Positions 20,737 to 30,593 of a stretch of DNA of 64,000 bases are shown here, one piece after another (within the stretch, counting starts at the first letter, position 1; every line of letters begins with the position of its first letter). Made by a program: the position numbers and the translations under genes. The notes beneath the pieces are model-generated. The model searched no databases and was not told the DNA's origin. It was given only the letters and a program-made list of their open reading frames with translations. The DNA is from a virus: the IMG/VR virus record IMGVR_UViG_3300042731_009409, positions 29,817 through 93,816 of that record; one strand, 5' to 3'.

Positions 20737-21141
20737 TCACGTACTATTTTTCTTATTTTTTTTACGTTCTACTTTTTCTTTTATGTTGTCTTCAATAAAA
20801 GTAATGATTCCCGTATCAGAATCATATGTGACTTTTGAAAAATCTATTTTATATAAATCACCTAATTTGTTCCAAAATCGTTTATTATCATCTCTTAATT
20901 TTGAAGATTCGTCGTTAAGATGAGCTATCTCTCTTCTCAAAGCATCTATTCTTAATTTTGCCTCGTTTTCAACCTTTTGCGCTTCAAATGTTCGAGCCCT
21001 TATAGCTTCTACAATTGCCGATTGTTTATAGTTCATCAATTCTGCTTCTAGCAAATGTTCTTTTGACAAACAGGGCTTATCAACTCCTTCGATAGTAATA
21101 AAAGGTTCTATTTTTTCTTTCTGTTTCTTTTTCTTTGGCAT
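20737..21141 (-). CDS. Hypothetical coiled-coil protein
   Basis: 134 aa, GGA RBS, operon position. Confidence 0.6.
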   Translation of the reverse strand: MPKKKKQKEKIEPFITIEGVDKPCLSKEHLLEAELMNYKQSAIVEAIRARTFEAQKVENEAKLRIDALRREIAHLNDESSKLRDDNKRFWNKLGDLYKIDFSKVTYDSDTGIITFIEDNIKEKVERKKNKKNST

Positions 21142-21142
21142 T

Positions 21143-21739
21143 TTAATTTGTCCTTTTTATCATTTCCAATGATCCGGTTATCCAAAATATGTTATTAGCC
21201 ATTGGTTTTCCAAGTTTTTGCGCCATAACATATCCGCCCGAATTTGCAATCGGTGGCATATATTGCAATCCAGAATCGCCTAGCCAAGCAAGTGGTTTTG
21301 TATAATCTAGACTTGTAAAAGATTCGCACGGTCCCATTATTTGCATAACGCCGACTGTAGGTGTTGATTTTGAAATCAGCACACCTATTGCTGGCATTTT
21401 ATCTATATCCCTTGGATCGGCCTTGTGCACTCTCCATTTTCCGTTTACTCTATCGCCACGTGTGCACATCCAATCCCCAACAGAATCAGACGCAAGGCAC
21501 GCAACATCTTGTTTATAGACCAACCAACGGACATCACCTATAAGACTTATCGGGTCATCAAACCAATTGCCCGGATCGTTACCGTGGATTATCCTTTTTA
21601 TCTGAGACAATAAAGCTTCAAAAAATTGAGATAAATTTTCCGAAACAGTTTCAGAATTTGCAATTTCAGAAGCAGTTTTTTGATCGTCAAAACTGTCTGG
21701 TTTTGCTATCTGGGATAATCTTTGTAAACTTTTAACCAT
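21143..21739 (-). CDS. Hypothetical virion protein
   Basis: HKADPRDIDKMPAIGVLISK beta-clip-like motif. Confidence 0.6.
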   Translation of the reverse strand: MVKSLQRLSQIAKPDSFDDQKTASEIANSETVSENLSQFFEALLSQIKRIIHGNDPGNWFDDPISLIGDVRWLVYKQDVACLASDSVGDWMCTRGDRVNGKWRVHKADPRDIDKMPAIGVLISKSTPTVGVMQIMGPCESFTSLDYTKPLAWLGDSGLQYMPPIANSGGYVMAQKLGKPMANNIFWITGSLEMIKRTN

Positions 21740-22157
21740 TTTTGTTAAATCTTAAATTTCCATATTTACTTACAGAATAAACTGATGAATTCTGCGATTT
21801 ATGAACTGTCAAAACTGTTTTTATACCATCATTGAGTATTACTATTCTTTCACCTCCATTTGTTTTTTCATTTTCTTCTATAATTTCTGGAAAAAATGAT
21901 TCTCTTCTGAAGCCTTTCGGTTTTAATAAAACGTTTGTAAAAGTGTTGTTACATCTTTTGTCTATAATATTGTTTCCACAGCCCTTACAAACAACAAGCC
22001 CGCTTCCACAAAATTCACATCTCAATCTTTTATTACAATTTTTTAAAATTGAGATAGAAGTTATTTCATTTTGATTTAAAAACTCATTCATTTCTTCCTC
22101 ATTTTCTTTTAAATCAAAAATTTTAGTGGAACCAGACTTGGTTTGTATTTTTATCAA
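21732..22157 (-). CDS. Hypothetical protein with Zn-ribbon (CEFC/CKGC)
   Basis: Cys pairs; coupled genes. Confidence 0.55.
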   Translation of the reverse strand: MIKIQTKSGSTKIFDLKENEEEMNEFLNQNEITSISILKNCNKRLRCEFCGSGLVVCKGCGNNIIDKRCNNTFTNVLLKPKGFRRESFFPEIIEENEKTNGGERIVILNDGIKTVLTVHKSQNSSVYSVSKYGNLRFNKNG

Positions 22158-22483
22158 TCTTTGTTCTCTTCTGATTTTTCTTTATCTTTTTTTTTGGTCT
22201 TTTTGTAAAGCGATGTCTCGATAATATTTGGAATAATATTTGGAACAGGTTTGTTTATTTTTTTATTGCTCTTTTTTTTCTCAAGTAACAAAAACATAAA
22301 CTCATATCCATTCTTACAAATAAAATCCCATTCTTGAAGAGTAAGCGTTTTTACAGAGTTTGGGATAAAATGTATAGACCCTTTTTTGCTTCTGCATTTT
22401 TGTTCTACACCAAAAAAATCGATTTGGAACGGAGCGTTAAAACATACTTTGACAGTTATATTTTTATTCATCTTCCTCATCAT
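22154..22483 (-). CDS. Hypothetical protein
   Basis: 109 aa, basic tail. Confidence 0.5.
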   Translation of the reverse strand: MMRKMNKNITVKVCFNAPFQIDFFGVEQKCRSKKGSIHFIPNSVKTLTLQEWDFICKNGYEFMFLLLEKKKSNKKINKPVPNIIPNIIETSLYKKTKKKDKEKSEENKD

Positions 22484-22838
22484 CTTCTTCTTGAGCCAAA
22501 AGAATAGATTCTATTATTGCTTTTTTCTTTTCATTTCCTATCAGGGGTATATTAAATTTAGAAGCAATTGTTTGTAAAACAGATTTCTTCATCTCTTTAA
22601 GACTATCTTTTGTGTAAATTTCATCTTCTTCTTTTTGTTCTTGTTTTTCTTCTTGTTTTTTTTCGATTTGAGAGCCACTTCCACTCAAATAAGTAACGCT
22701 GAAACCATATTCATTTTTATAATATTCAATTTCAGAATTACTAGTTAATGTTTGTGGTTGTCCTCTAAGAAATTTCCTTCCTCTCCTTGTATGGGTTGAT
22801 GGACCTTTACTTGTTAAAACAATTCTTGCTATTGGCAT
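22464..22838 (-). CDS. Rho-N/HeH-like domain protein downstream of capsid gene
   Basis: YTKDSLKEMKKSVLQTIASKFNI...KKKAIIESIL. Confidence 0.7.
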   Translation of the reverse strand: MPIARIVLTSKGPSTHTRRGRKFLRGQPQTLTSNSEIEYYKNEYGFSVTYLSGSGSQIEKKQEEKQEQKEEDEIYTKDSLKEMKKSVLQTIASKFNIPLIGNEKKKAIIESILLAQEEDDEEDE

Positions 22839-22877
22839 TTATAAACTCCTTTTGTTAAAATGGTGGCCAAAATTAAA

Positions 22878-24071
22878 TTAGACCCCTTCGCCGATATTTT
22901 TAACTTTTACTATAGCAGTAGGCTCTTCAATCTGACACGAAATTTTTGCGGTAATAGCAAATTGATCAACAGATTTGTAGATATCTCGATCTTTTTCGAT
23001 CCGTATATCTCTTCCAATACCTATGATAAAATTGCTCATATGAGTGAGTAAAAGTTGGGGAGAAGCCAAATAAGTAACTTTTACCGTGTCGCCGTCACCA
23101 ATACTTCCACCAGCATCTCTAGCAATCGTTCCGGCAGTAGCATCAAGGGTATAATCAGTGCCGGAAATATACGGAGTCGAAGGTGTATCAGACAAAGTGT
23201 TTGGAAGAACGATAACACTTGTAATGTTTTTATATTTTAGAGTTACTGCAGTTGTACCGCTAAGAACAACATGTTCGACCACTTTAGAATTAAAATCCCA
23301 CAAAGGAACTTCTACAAGTTTAATACCGAAGGGTTGCATTACCATACCTCTGCCCGCTTCATCACCCGCCATAGTCGCCCTTGTGGTCAATCTTTCTGCA
23401 TATGTTTGTGCAAGGTCAGGGCTCATAAACCAACGTAGATTTTTTTTATTTCTTCGAAATTTCGTAGGCATCGCTTTGATTGCGTCCGAAAAAACAGAAA
23501 ATCCAATGTTGGTACCTTCAGCATCGACAACATTTCCACTGTCAGCCAAAAGCTGCCAACCATCCTGCAAGGCAAGATAACTGTCTTTTACATATTGGGT
23601 CGAAGAGCCATTGTCAATAATATCGCCCTCAAGAACAGCTGGTCCGTTTTGATCGCCAATAATATAAAGTTCCTCCATATCGTTGGCCAGTTGGGTGGCA
23701 AACATTCTAATAGCGTGATCTTCAAAGTTATCACCTTCGATATTCAACTCTTTAAAGTTATCACTAATCTCGGCAGGGACCATAATTTCGGCAGGGGTCA
23801 AAGTGATTTTAGATGTAGTGATACCCCTTCTGATTCCCGGATCCCTTGCTTCATTCTTTGGTACAGCAACTCTCGTTCCAATCCCAACCTTGTCGATATT
23901 CATGTTTTCATTGCGAAATCTTACAATCCTTACGTTGTTTTTAAGGCTCGTTTCGTCGATAACATAATCAATAAATCGATCGCTTTGGGCATCATTAAGT
24001 TTCCCGCTTGACGCAAGAGCGTCCGCAGCAGTAATAGTTTTTCTGACAAGCTCTTCATTCGTGATAGTCAT
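22878..24071 (-). CDS. Major capsid protein (HK97 fold) with inserted Ig-like domain
   Basis: SGKLNDAQSDRFIDYV...EISDNFKELNIEG...FATQLANDMEEL...IGIGRDIRIEKD. Confidence 0.93.
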   Translation of the reverse strand: MTITNEELVRKTITAADALASSGKLNDAQSDRFIDYVIDETSLKNNVRIVRFRNENMNIDKVGIGTRVAVPKNEARDPGIRRGITTSKITLTPAEIMVPAEISDNFKELNIEGDNFEDHAIRMFATQLANDMEELYIIGDQNGPAVLEGDIIDNGSSTQYVKDSYLALQDGWQLLADSGNVVDAEGTNIGFSVFSDAIKAMPTKFRRNKKNLRWFMSPDLAQTYAERLTTRATMAGDEAGRGMVMQPFGIKLVEVPLWDFNSKVVEHVVLSGTTAVTLKYKNITSVIVLPNTLSDTPSTPYISGTDYTLDATAGTIARDAGGSIGDGDTVKVTYLASPQLLLTHMSNFIIGIGRDIRIEKDRDIYKSVDQFAITAKISCQIEEPTAIVKVKNIGEGV

Positions 24072-24100
24072 TATTTTTTTCTCCTTTATATAACACTCTC

Positions 24101-24880
24101 TTAGAGCGATTGGTTAAATATTCCACCCCAAAGATTATCTGATTTCTTCACTTCTTTTTGTTCGGACTTGTCTAGTGTTTTACTGGGTTGTCCTATTTTT
24201 TCAAACTGTTCGACTTTGTTTTTCAACACATTTACAGTTTCGGCAAGTTTTGAAAAATTTTGCCCAATGTCTTCTACACTTTTCATAATCTGTTTGATTC
24301 CAGAATCGCCAAATTGAGAATTTGCTGGGAGATTGTTTTTGGGAGATTGACCAACACCGATTTGTTTAATTTCGTCCATAAGTTTTGTAAGAAGTTCAGA
24401 AGCTTCTTCTAACTTTTTAATTCTGCTAGGTGTAAAAGTTTTTGCCTTTGTAAGTTCAGTTGTAAGCTCATCAATAAGGCTTTGTTCATCCTTTTTTACA
24501 TTTTGCTCTTTCAACTTTTCTACAACCATTTTTACAACTTCATCATTGGCTTGACTTTTTTCATCTTCCTTTTTTACAACTTGTTCTTCAAGTTTAATAG
24601 CTTCGATTTTACTTTCAATATCACCAATCTTTTTGATAATATCACTTATATTCCCACTATCAAATTCACTTTCTTCTTCTTTCTTGACTTCTTCAATCTC
24701 TTGTTTTTTTTCGGCCATTATTTTTTTCTCCAATTCGCTGTTATTTTCGACTCTTTTAATTACGGCAAACTCTTCTTGATTTGCTGGCAAATCAACGATC
24801 GAAATTTCGTTCACTTCTAGATCGGTATATTCATGTTTCACGCCAATACTAGAAGACTTTTTTACATCAGACAAGTTCAT
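24101..24880 (-). CDS. Scaffolding protein with N-terminal protease-like strand; likely internal start at 24718
   Basis: EISIVDLPAN motif followed by acidic coiled coils; GGAG 9 nt before ATG 24718. Confidence 0.8.
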   Translation of the reverse strand: MNLSDVKKSSSIGVKHEYTDLEVNEISIVDLPANQEEFAVIKRVENNSELEKKIMAEKKQEIEEVKKEEESEFDSGNISDIIKKIGDIESKIEAIKLEEQVVKKEDEKSQANDEVVKMVVEKLKEQNVKKDEQSLIDELTTELTKAKTFTPSRIKKLEEASELLTKLMDEIKQIGVGQSPKNNLPANSQFGDSGIKQIMKSVEDIGQNFSKLAETVNVLKNKVEQFEKIGQPSKTLDKSEQKEVKKSDNLWGGIFNQSL

Positions 24881-25373
24881 TCTCCTTTTCTAATCTTTTT
24901 ATTTTTGCTTTACCGCCGATTGAAAACCCGGTAAGTTCTCCTTTTTTTACTTTGTCCCACAAACTATCACTATTGACCTTGGCGACTATATACCATGTGC
25001 CTTTTGTAATAGTTTTATCGCCGAACGAAAAATCAACTGGTGCAATTGCAGATTCGCACAGTTCTATAGGCTGTTTAAAATCCAAATGTTGCAAACCCAT
25101 AGTATTTTTTTTATTGTAGCTTGATAAAAATTTATGTGCAGCATTTCTTATAACAACATCACTTATCGTTGTTTTTTGTGCGTCAAAAACATTAGGTCTA
25201 AGTACTACACCAGTAACTTTTCTTTCTTCTCCGGAAACCTTTATTGTTTCAACATATGCTAAAACCTTTTGTTCAGTAATTTCTCCATTGCTCGAAGATT
25301 CATTATTTTTTGACAAAATTGTTTTGCTATTGTTTTTTAATTTTTCGTATTGTTGAGCTGACATACGTTTCAT
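24867..25373 (-). CDS. Prohead protease, XkdF-like serine peptidase
   Basis: AAHKFL...GLQH...TKGTWYIVAKV...WDKVKKGELTGFSIGG; start moved from 25451 to ATG 25373 (GGAG RBS). Confidence 0.88.
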   Translation of the reverse strand: MKRMSAQQYEKLKNNSKTILSKNNESSSNGEITEQKVLAYVETIKVSGEERKVTGVVLRPNVFDAQKTTISDVVIRNAAHKFLSSYNKKNTMGLQHLDFKQPIELCESAIAPVDFSFGDKTITKGTWYIVAKVNSDSLWDKVKKGELTGFSIGGKAKIKRLEKENELV

Positions 25374-25421
25374 TTCATAAACTCCTGTATAAATACTATA
25401 CAAATAGTATTTAATAGTAAA

Positions 25422-25451
25422 ATTATAAACAAAAATTACTTTTTGCTGCAA
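25422..25451 (-). promoter_or_regulatory. Putative sigma70-type promoter for protease-scaffold-capsid genes
   Basis: TTGCAG-N18-TATAAT. Confidence 0.5.
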
Positions 25452-25492
25452 TTTCCTACAAAGCGATTTTAGTGTTATATGTTTGTTTTTAT

Positions 25493-26620
25493 TTAGCTTT
25501 TTGACTTTTTGTTGAGTAATGGCATAGACAAAGGCTGTAGATTTTCAAACGTACTAGATTCAGTAGATATATCTACAGTGCACCGACATTTAAAATGGTA
25601 TGGAGGCAAAGACAAACCGGCCTTTGCCAGTTTTTCCGAATCCCTAAGACCATCACTTCCACTTATAAAGCCACCCTTTGATGATATTTTTTTTATCTCG
25701 GACAAAGAAGGCCATGGGTGTACTTCTTTTATTTTTTTTGGATCTTTGAGCGACAATTCTTTGACAATTTGTTCAACCCCGTTTTCTGTTCGGAATACTT
25801 TTCCATCGAAATGAGCGCACCTAGAACATGTTCTTTTATCACCAGGGTTGCTTATTTCATACGATGTTATTCCAATTTCCGAAAAAGATCTCATTTGGCC
25901 GTGAATCCTGGCAACGGTGTAAGAATTTGCGGCCAAACCTGAAAAATAACTTTCTGGGGTTCCAACAAAACCAGTTGGTAAGATTATAGTTTCAAATATT
26001 TTTTCCAAGTTTTCTCTTAATAATTTTGAAGCTTCATCTGGACCTAATCCCGACTCGACCATAGTTTCTCTGACTGTTCTGGCGATTTCATCTGACATTT
26101 TTTCGTTATATACTTCGCCAACCCAAAATGTCTGATGTTGTATTATTGACTCTACCGTTTTTTCATCAACCAAGTCAAACTCTGGCAAAACAACTTTTGC
26201 TTTTTTTATATTTTGCTTTGGCAAGCCATATCTAAGAGGCTCCTTTGTTTGTTCAGTTGCTTTTTTATAACCAGCAATTCTTGCAAGTTTATAAACATTG
26301 GAAAGCTCTAAGGAAAAAACCTTTGAAACGTCGTGTTTCCAGCTATTCATATTTTTGTTTATCTTTTTTATTATTGTAGAAACACTTTTAATATTTTTTA
26401 TTATTGTATAATTTTTTTTAACCCTGTCGCTCCATGTTTTTAAAAAAAAACTTCTAATTCTTTTTTCAGATCTTCCTATTTGAGTTATTTCCGAAACGTT
26501 TGCTGTTTTTGATATAATTCTATCAACTATAGACAACCTTATATAATCCAATTCAGTATCAATCATCTTCGCATTCATAATCATGTTCTTCAGATAAATT
26601 TTCTGTCCACTTTTTCTCAA
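25493..26620 (-). CDS. Head morphogenesis protein (SPP1 gp7 / Mu gpF family); true start probably a little downstream
   Basis: DKRTCSRCAHFDGKVF and PPYHFKCRC. Confidence 0.92.
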   Translation of the reverse strand: MRKSGQKIYLKNMIMNAKMIDTELDYIRLSIVDRIISKTANVSEITQIGRSEKRIRSFFLKTWSDRVKKNYTIIKNIKSVSTIIKKINKNMNSWKHDVSKVFSLELSNVYKLARIAGYKKATEQTKEPLRYGLPKQNIKKAKVVLPEFDLVDEKTVESIIQHQTFWVGEVYNEKMSDEIARTVRETMVESGLGPDEASKLLRENLEKIFETIILPTGFVGTPESYFSGLAANSYTVARIHGQMRSFSEIGITSYEISNPGDKRTCSRCAHFDGKVFRTENGVEQIVKELSLKDPKKIKEVHPWPSLSEIKKISSKGGFISGSDGLRDSEKLAKAGLSLPPYHFKCRCTVDISTESSTFENLQPLSMPLLNKKSKS

Positions 26621-28271
26621 TCAAACTTTGTACTTCTAATAGATGTTCTATTAAAGGATCCCGTTCTTTCAGGTTCTTTGCAAGTTGTACAAGCATATTA
26701 GATTCTTCTAAATTTTTAATAGCAGTAACTTGTTGTCCTGGTTCGGTTGGATCGGCTTTATTTTTTACAGCCTCGGCCATTGTCAAACTAAAAGGTACAT
26801 GTGGATCAAATTCTTCTTTAAACTCTGGCAGATCTCTTCCCAAAATTTCTTCCAACATTTTTCTCGCAATATAAGGCGTCATGCCGCCAGTTTTTTCTGA
26901 AGTAGCCAGCATTTTAACAAGTTGTTCGTTATCTGTTGTGTTAGGTGAATTCGATGTATACTTGTGATAAATAGCTCCAAGCTCAGGCATTATTTTTTTA
27001 TTCATCAGAGAATCAAATTCGCTTCTTTCTGGAGCAAAAACTTGTTCGTCAGTTATTCTTCTTGATATATCGGCAGTACTTTTGTTATAGTCATCTGTAC
27101 TTCCGATAAAAATAGGTGGCATTCTAAAACATTTTCTTACATTTTCCTTATTGTTCTTCGAATACTCTTGAAACAAAGCATCGGTGTGTTGTTCTCTTGT
27201 CAACGGTTTTAAATCTAATTTTATCTGATTCCCTTCTTCCCCCTCTTCTTCCCCTTCTGCTTCCACAATCAATATTTTGCTATAATTGTTTGAACCTTGT
27301 ACTTGAGACTCCAAAAAACTTTCTATTCTCTGTATAGTCCCTTCAGTAACTTGACCATTTGAACACAACAGAGCCATAGACGGAATATTGTTGTTCTGAA
27401 ACGTTGTATAATTTATTTCTTCTGCCGCTCGATCGCCAAACATGGACAAAAGCGAACCTATATATCTTGGTAAACCATAAGAACTTCTGGCTGAATAAAG
27501 TGATAAACAAATTATTTCGTTGGCCATGTTTTCGGGTTTTGTATTTGGATCGAATTCGCCTGTTTTATTATTTAAAATTCTTTCATCGCCAAATTCTTTA
27601 AACCATACTATTCTGTCTGACGGAACTATTTCTAGATTGTGTCTATGATTCAGTCTAGATTGGACATAGGTTCTAAACCTTGTCCAATATTTCATTGTTT
27701 TGATTTTTACAGATCCGTTTTCTTGCAGTTCGTAAATTTTTCTTTTTGCAAGTACTTGTTCATCTTCTTTTTTGCCGAGTCTAACTTGATAAGACGGCAT
27801 ATGGACAAACCTTTGCAAGCTTCCGGTTTGACTCCTTATTACCTCAAAATAAGCCATGCCGGTTGTCTCAAGATCTTTTCGCAGTTTTCTTCGAAACGAA
27901 ATAAAAGATTCTTCAGTACAATTCTCGAAAAAATTTTGTAGTCTTATATTCTCCTTTTTGATTTCGTTTCTGATTTCATCTGGAATTTCTATTCTCGGAT
28001 CGCTTTTTGTTCTTGGGACAAACCTGTGCCCAAAACCATCTATGTTTACCTCCATAGCTTCTATTGATGGGCCAAGCTCGGTACATCGCTCCAACATCAA
28101 GGTCAAAGAGAATGGGTCAAATGGCGCTTCTATAACCTTGCCAGATTCGCCAAGAGTAACAAGAGGATCGTCATTGGCTTTTGTTGATTTTGATTGGGTG
28201 TTGAATTGTTTTCTAACTTCAACCACTCTGGCTTTTACATTTTTTAAAACTTTCTTATTTGTATCATTCAT
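26559..28271 (-). CDS. Portal protein (PBSX-like)
   Basis: DLETTGMAYFEVIR, YGLPRYIG, NNNIPSM, FRMPPIFIG...YNKSTAD. Confidence 0.93.
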   Translation of the reverse strand: MNDTNKKVLKNVKARVVEVRKQFNTQSKSTKANDDPLVTLGESGKVIEAPFDPFSLTLMLERCTELGPSIEAMEVNIDGFGHRFVPRTKSDPRIEIPDEIRNEIKKENIRLQNFFENCTEESFISFRRKLRKDLETTGMAYFEVIRSQTGSLQRFVHMPSYQVRLGKKEDEQVLAKRKIYELQENGSVKIKTMKYWTRFRTYVQSRLNHRHNLEIVPSDRIVWFKEFGDERILNNKTGEFDPNTKPENMANEIICLSLYSARSSYGLPRYIGSLLSMFGDRAAEEINYTTFQNNNIPSMALLCSNGQVTEGTIQRIESFLESQVQGSNNYSKILIVEAEGEEEGEEGNQIKLDLKPLTREQHTDALFQEYSKNNKENVRKCFRMPPIFIGSTDDYNKSTADISRRITDEQVFAPERSEFDSLMNKKIMPELGAIYHKYTSNSPNTTDNEQLVKMLATSEKTGGMTPYIARKMLEEILGRDLPEFKEEFDPHVPFSLTMAEAVKNKADPTEPGQQVTAIKNLEESNMLVQLAKNLKERDPLIEHLLEVQSLIEKKWTENLSEEHDYECEDD

Positions 28272-28275
28272 TTTT

Positions 28276-29775
28276 TTATCCTAATAAACCAGGTTCGTAA
28301 TTCCTTCTCTTTCTTCTTTTTGCTTTAGATGCGCTAAAAGCCAAATCCATCGCGTCAAAAAAATCTTTAGACCCAGGGCCATCAGGGAATAAAACTAAAT
28401 GCTCTATTATTTGGTGTGATTTTGGTATATCCAAAACAAATACCCGTTTATCATCAAATTCAGCAGATCTTTTCCATGCTCTAGACACTTTATCTTTGTT
28501 TTGTTTTTTTGGTTTTAATCTCATGTCCGGATATTTATCTTTTAAGTTTTGATATTGTGCTTCTTGATATGCATTTGTCTCTATGTGTGCTTTTATAGGA
28601 TCGTATCTTTTGTAATAGTCTCTTATTTTTCTTGTTTGATCGCTAAATCTTATTTGGCCTTCATAAAAATCAACTATATAATAGTATTCTTCTTTTTTCC
28701 CAATGACCACTATAACAAAATTATCATTTTGCTCTTTTTCGCCAATGGCTAGATCAACACCCATATAATAAGATAAGTCTTTAGGAAGGTCTTCTCTTTT
28801 TATCAATTGACAATCGTCATACTTAAAAATCTTGCCCTTCATAGCTTCGGCATCACATAAATATTGGGCGTTAAACCTTATTATACCAAGCTCCTTGCGT
28901 TGTTTTTCGAACCATTCTGGTGGATGTTTTTCCGGCCATACGGTTTTACCCTCTTTGTTTATCCCCATTATTCTTTGATAGTGATCTTTTAATTCATTTT
29001 CGATTAAATGACCATACAAGTCGTTGTAATGAAACCTGGTCCCTTGTCTATGGTGTTCGCCCCTATGTGGCACGTTAGGATCTGGAGGCTCTAAAGTTGG
29101 TAAAATTGCAGAATAATAAAAGTCCTTTGTTTTTTCCCTCATATATTCAGTCAGAGAATTATTCTGATCGACCAAGTCATCAGAAAATATTATGTCATAG
29201 TGTTTTGAGACAATCGTTCCATCCACACCTATGCATGTTATTGTAGACTCTTTTGTTATTTTTGTTCTTTGCGCAATTTCTATTTCGCGGTTGTCCCATT
29301 TTCTATTTTTGTCATAGTATGGGCCAAATATTTCTATAAGTTTTTCGTTCTTTTCGAAATGTGCTTTTATTTCTTTCAAAAACGACTCTGCATTTCCAGT
29401 CGTTTTTGAAGCAATTAAAATTCTAAGGTTCGGATCTTTTAGTAGAAGGTGTACTGATTTACAAATTGTACATATGCTTGTTTTTCCGGAACCCCTATAA
29501 ACCAGTTGAAGATTGTCAGGATGCAAAAATTGAAATTGCATCATCGAAAGATGAAAAGGTTTTATTATATAATCCAATATTTCTGACGCTAAAAGATCTA
29601 TTCTATTGTTTTCTAATATTTGTTTTTTTAACCATTGGTTATATAAAGTTTTCGAAAATCCATAATATTCTAACAGCTCTGAACGCTCTGCATTTTTTAT
29701 TTTATCTCTATCGATAAACGGAATTTTACGGGCCTTCGAGTTACTTCTCAAGAATTGGACTTCTGGATTTTTCAT
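28276..29775 (-). CDS. terL: Terminase large subunit
   Basis: Walker A YRGSGKT, IFSDDL, GTRFHYNDL, nuclease GVDLA and KDFFDAM. Confidence 0.96.
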   Translation of the reverse strand: MKNPEVQFLRSNSKARKIPFIDRDKIKNAERSELLEYYGFSKTLYNQWLKKQILENNRIDLLASEILDYIIKPFHLSMMQFQFLHPDNLQLVYRGSGKTSICTICKSVHLLLKDPNLRILIASKTTGNAESFLKEIKAHFEKNEKLIEIFGPYYDKNRKWDNREIEIAQRTKITKESTITCIGVDGTIVSKHYDIIFSDDLVDQNNSLTEYMREKTKDFYYSAILPTLEPPDPNVPHRGEHHRQGTRFHYNDLYGHLIENELKDHYQRIMGINKEGKTVWPEKHPPEWFEKQRKELGIIRFNAQYLCDAEAMKGKIFKYDDCQLIKREDLPKDLSYYMGVDLAIGEKEQNDNFVIVVIGKKEEYYYIVDFYEGQIRFSDQTRKIRDYYKRYDPIKAHIETNAYQEAQYQNLKDKYPDMRLKPKKQNKDKVSRAWKRSAEFDDKRVFVLDIPKSHQIIEHLVLFPDGPGSKDFFDAMDLAFSASKAKRRKRRNYEPGLLG

Positions 29776-29778
29776 GTT

Positions 29779-30147
29779 TTACTCGGGGTGAGACGGATCG
29801 GCACCAGATACCAAAATATCAACTGTACCAGCTGTCAACGCTGTAATTGCAACAAACATGGTCCGACGCAAACAGTCTACGCTAAATTCAAACGGTGTAT
29901 TTACTCCAATACCAGCTTTTTCCAGCGCAGTATGTTCGCTTATAAAAGAGTCAGCAGTTTCGGACCACCACATAACTTCTACTGTCGGATTTGCCCCCCC
30001 TGACGGAATGACTTGTATGTTTGCCTTATTATGATACGATGTATTTATACCACGATCATAATTGTCAAAAGAAGAATCTACAGTTGTAATTCCGTCACGG
30101 TGCAAAACGTAGTTTGGAGAATATTTAATAAATTGAGGCATTGGCAA
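29779..30147 (-). CDS. Hypothetical beta-rich protein
   Basis: 122 aa in operon. Confidence 0.65.
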   Translation of the reverse strand: MPMPQFIKYSPNYVLHRDGITTVDSSFDNYDRGINTSYHNKANIQVIPSGGANPTVEVMWWSETADSFISEHTALEKAGIGVNTPFEFSVDCLRRTMFVAITALTAGTVDILVSGADPSHPE

Positions 30148-30150
30148 TCC

Positions 30151-30450
30151 TTATTCGGACGCATGCCAATAAAATAACTCGCCGTCAACGTTTAGATCGG
30201 TATCTGCGCCAAGAGTAAAACCGTTACTCAACGGAGTAATTCCACCGCTTGTGACAAACGATGTGGTTCCGGCCGTAACGGTTTTCATAGCTGAAGCATC
30301 TGGCATTGGGGCAAACCAGACGGCAAAACAAACACCGCCTCTGTTCACAATTTCAACTCTTTTGGGTCGAAATCCAACTGTTCGCACATTGATAGCTGCA
30401 CCAGTACCGGTAAAAGCACCACTCATATTTCTATTAACACCACTGCTCAT
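30151..30450 (-). CDS. Small beta-rich protein, possible virion decoration
   Basis: GAFTGTGAAINVRTVGFRPKRVEI; AGGAGG RBS. Confidence 0.65.
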   Translation of the reverse strand: MSSGVNRNMSGAFTGTGAAINVRTVGFRPKRVEIVNRGGVCFAVWFAPMPDASAMKTVTAGTTSFVTSGGITPLSNGFTLGADTDLNVDGELFYWHASE

Positions 30451-30566
30451 TTTACACCTCCTAGTGTATTATGTCCTTGACAGCCCTTGGCATCTGAGCG
30501 ACAACGCGGGCCTGTGGCTTTATGCCACTGGGACGATATTTTTGATATTAATAGATAACAGAATGG

Positions 30567-30586
30567 TTTGTCTAATATTAGACAAA
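30567..30586. repeat. Perfect 20-bp palindrome TTTGTCTAATATTAGACAAA
   Basis: Read directly; just after the endolysin stop. Confidence 0.85.
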
Positions 30587-30593
30587 AATAGGA

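Noticed and set aside
30460-30560. Known riboswitch (c-di-GMP, ZTP)
   Set aside because: Key conserved nucleotides are not present as I recall them; kept only as an unassigned structure
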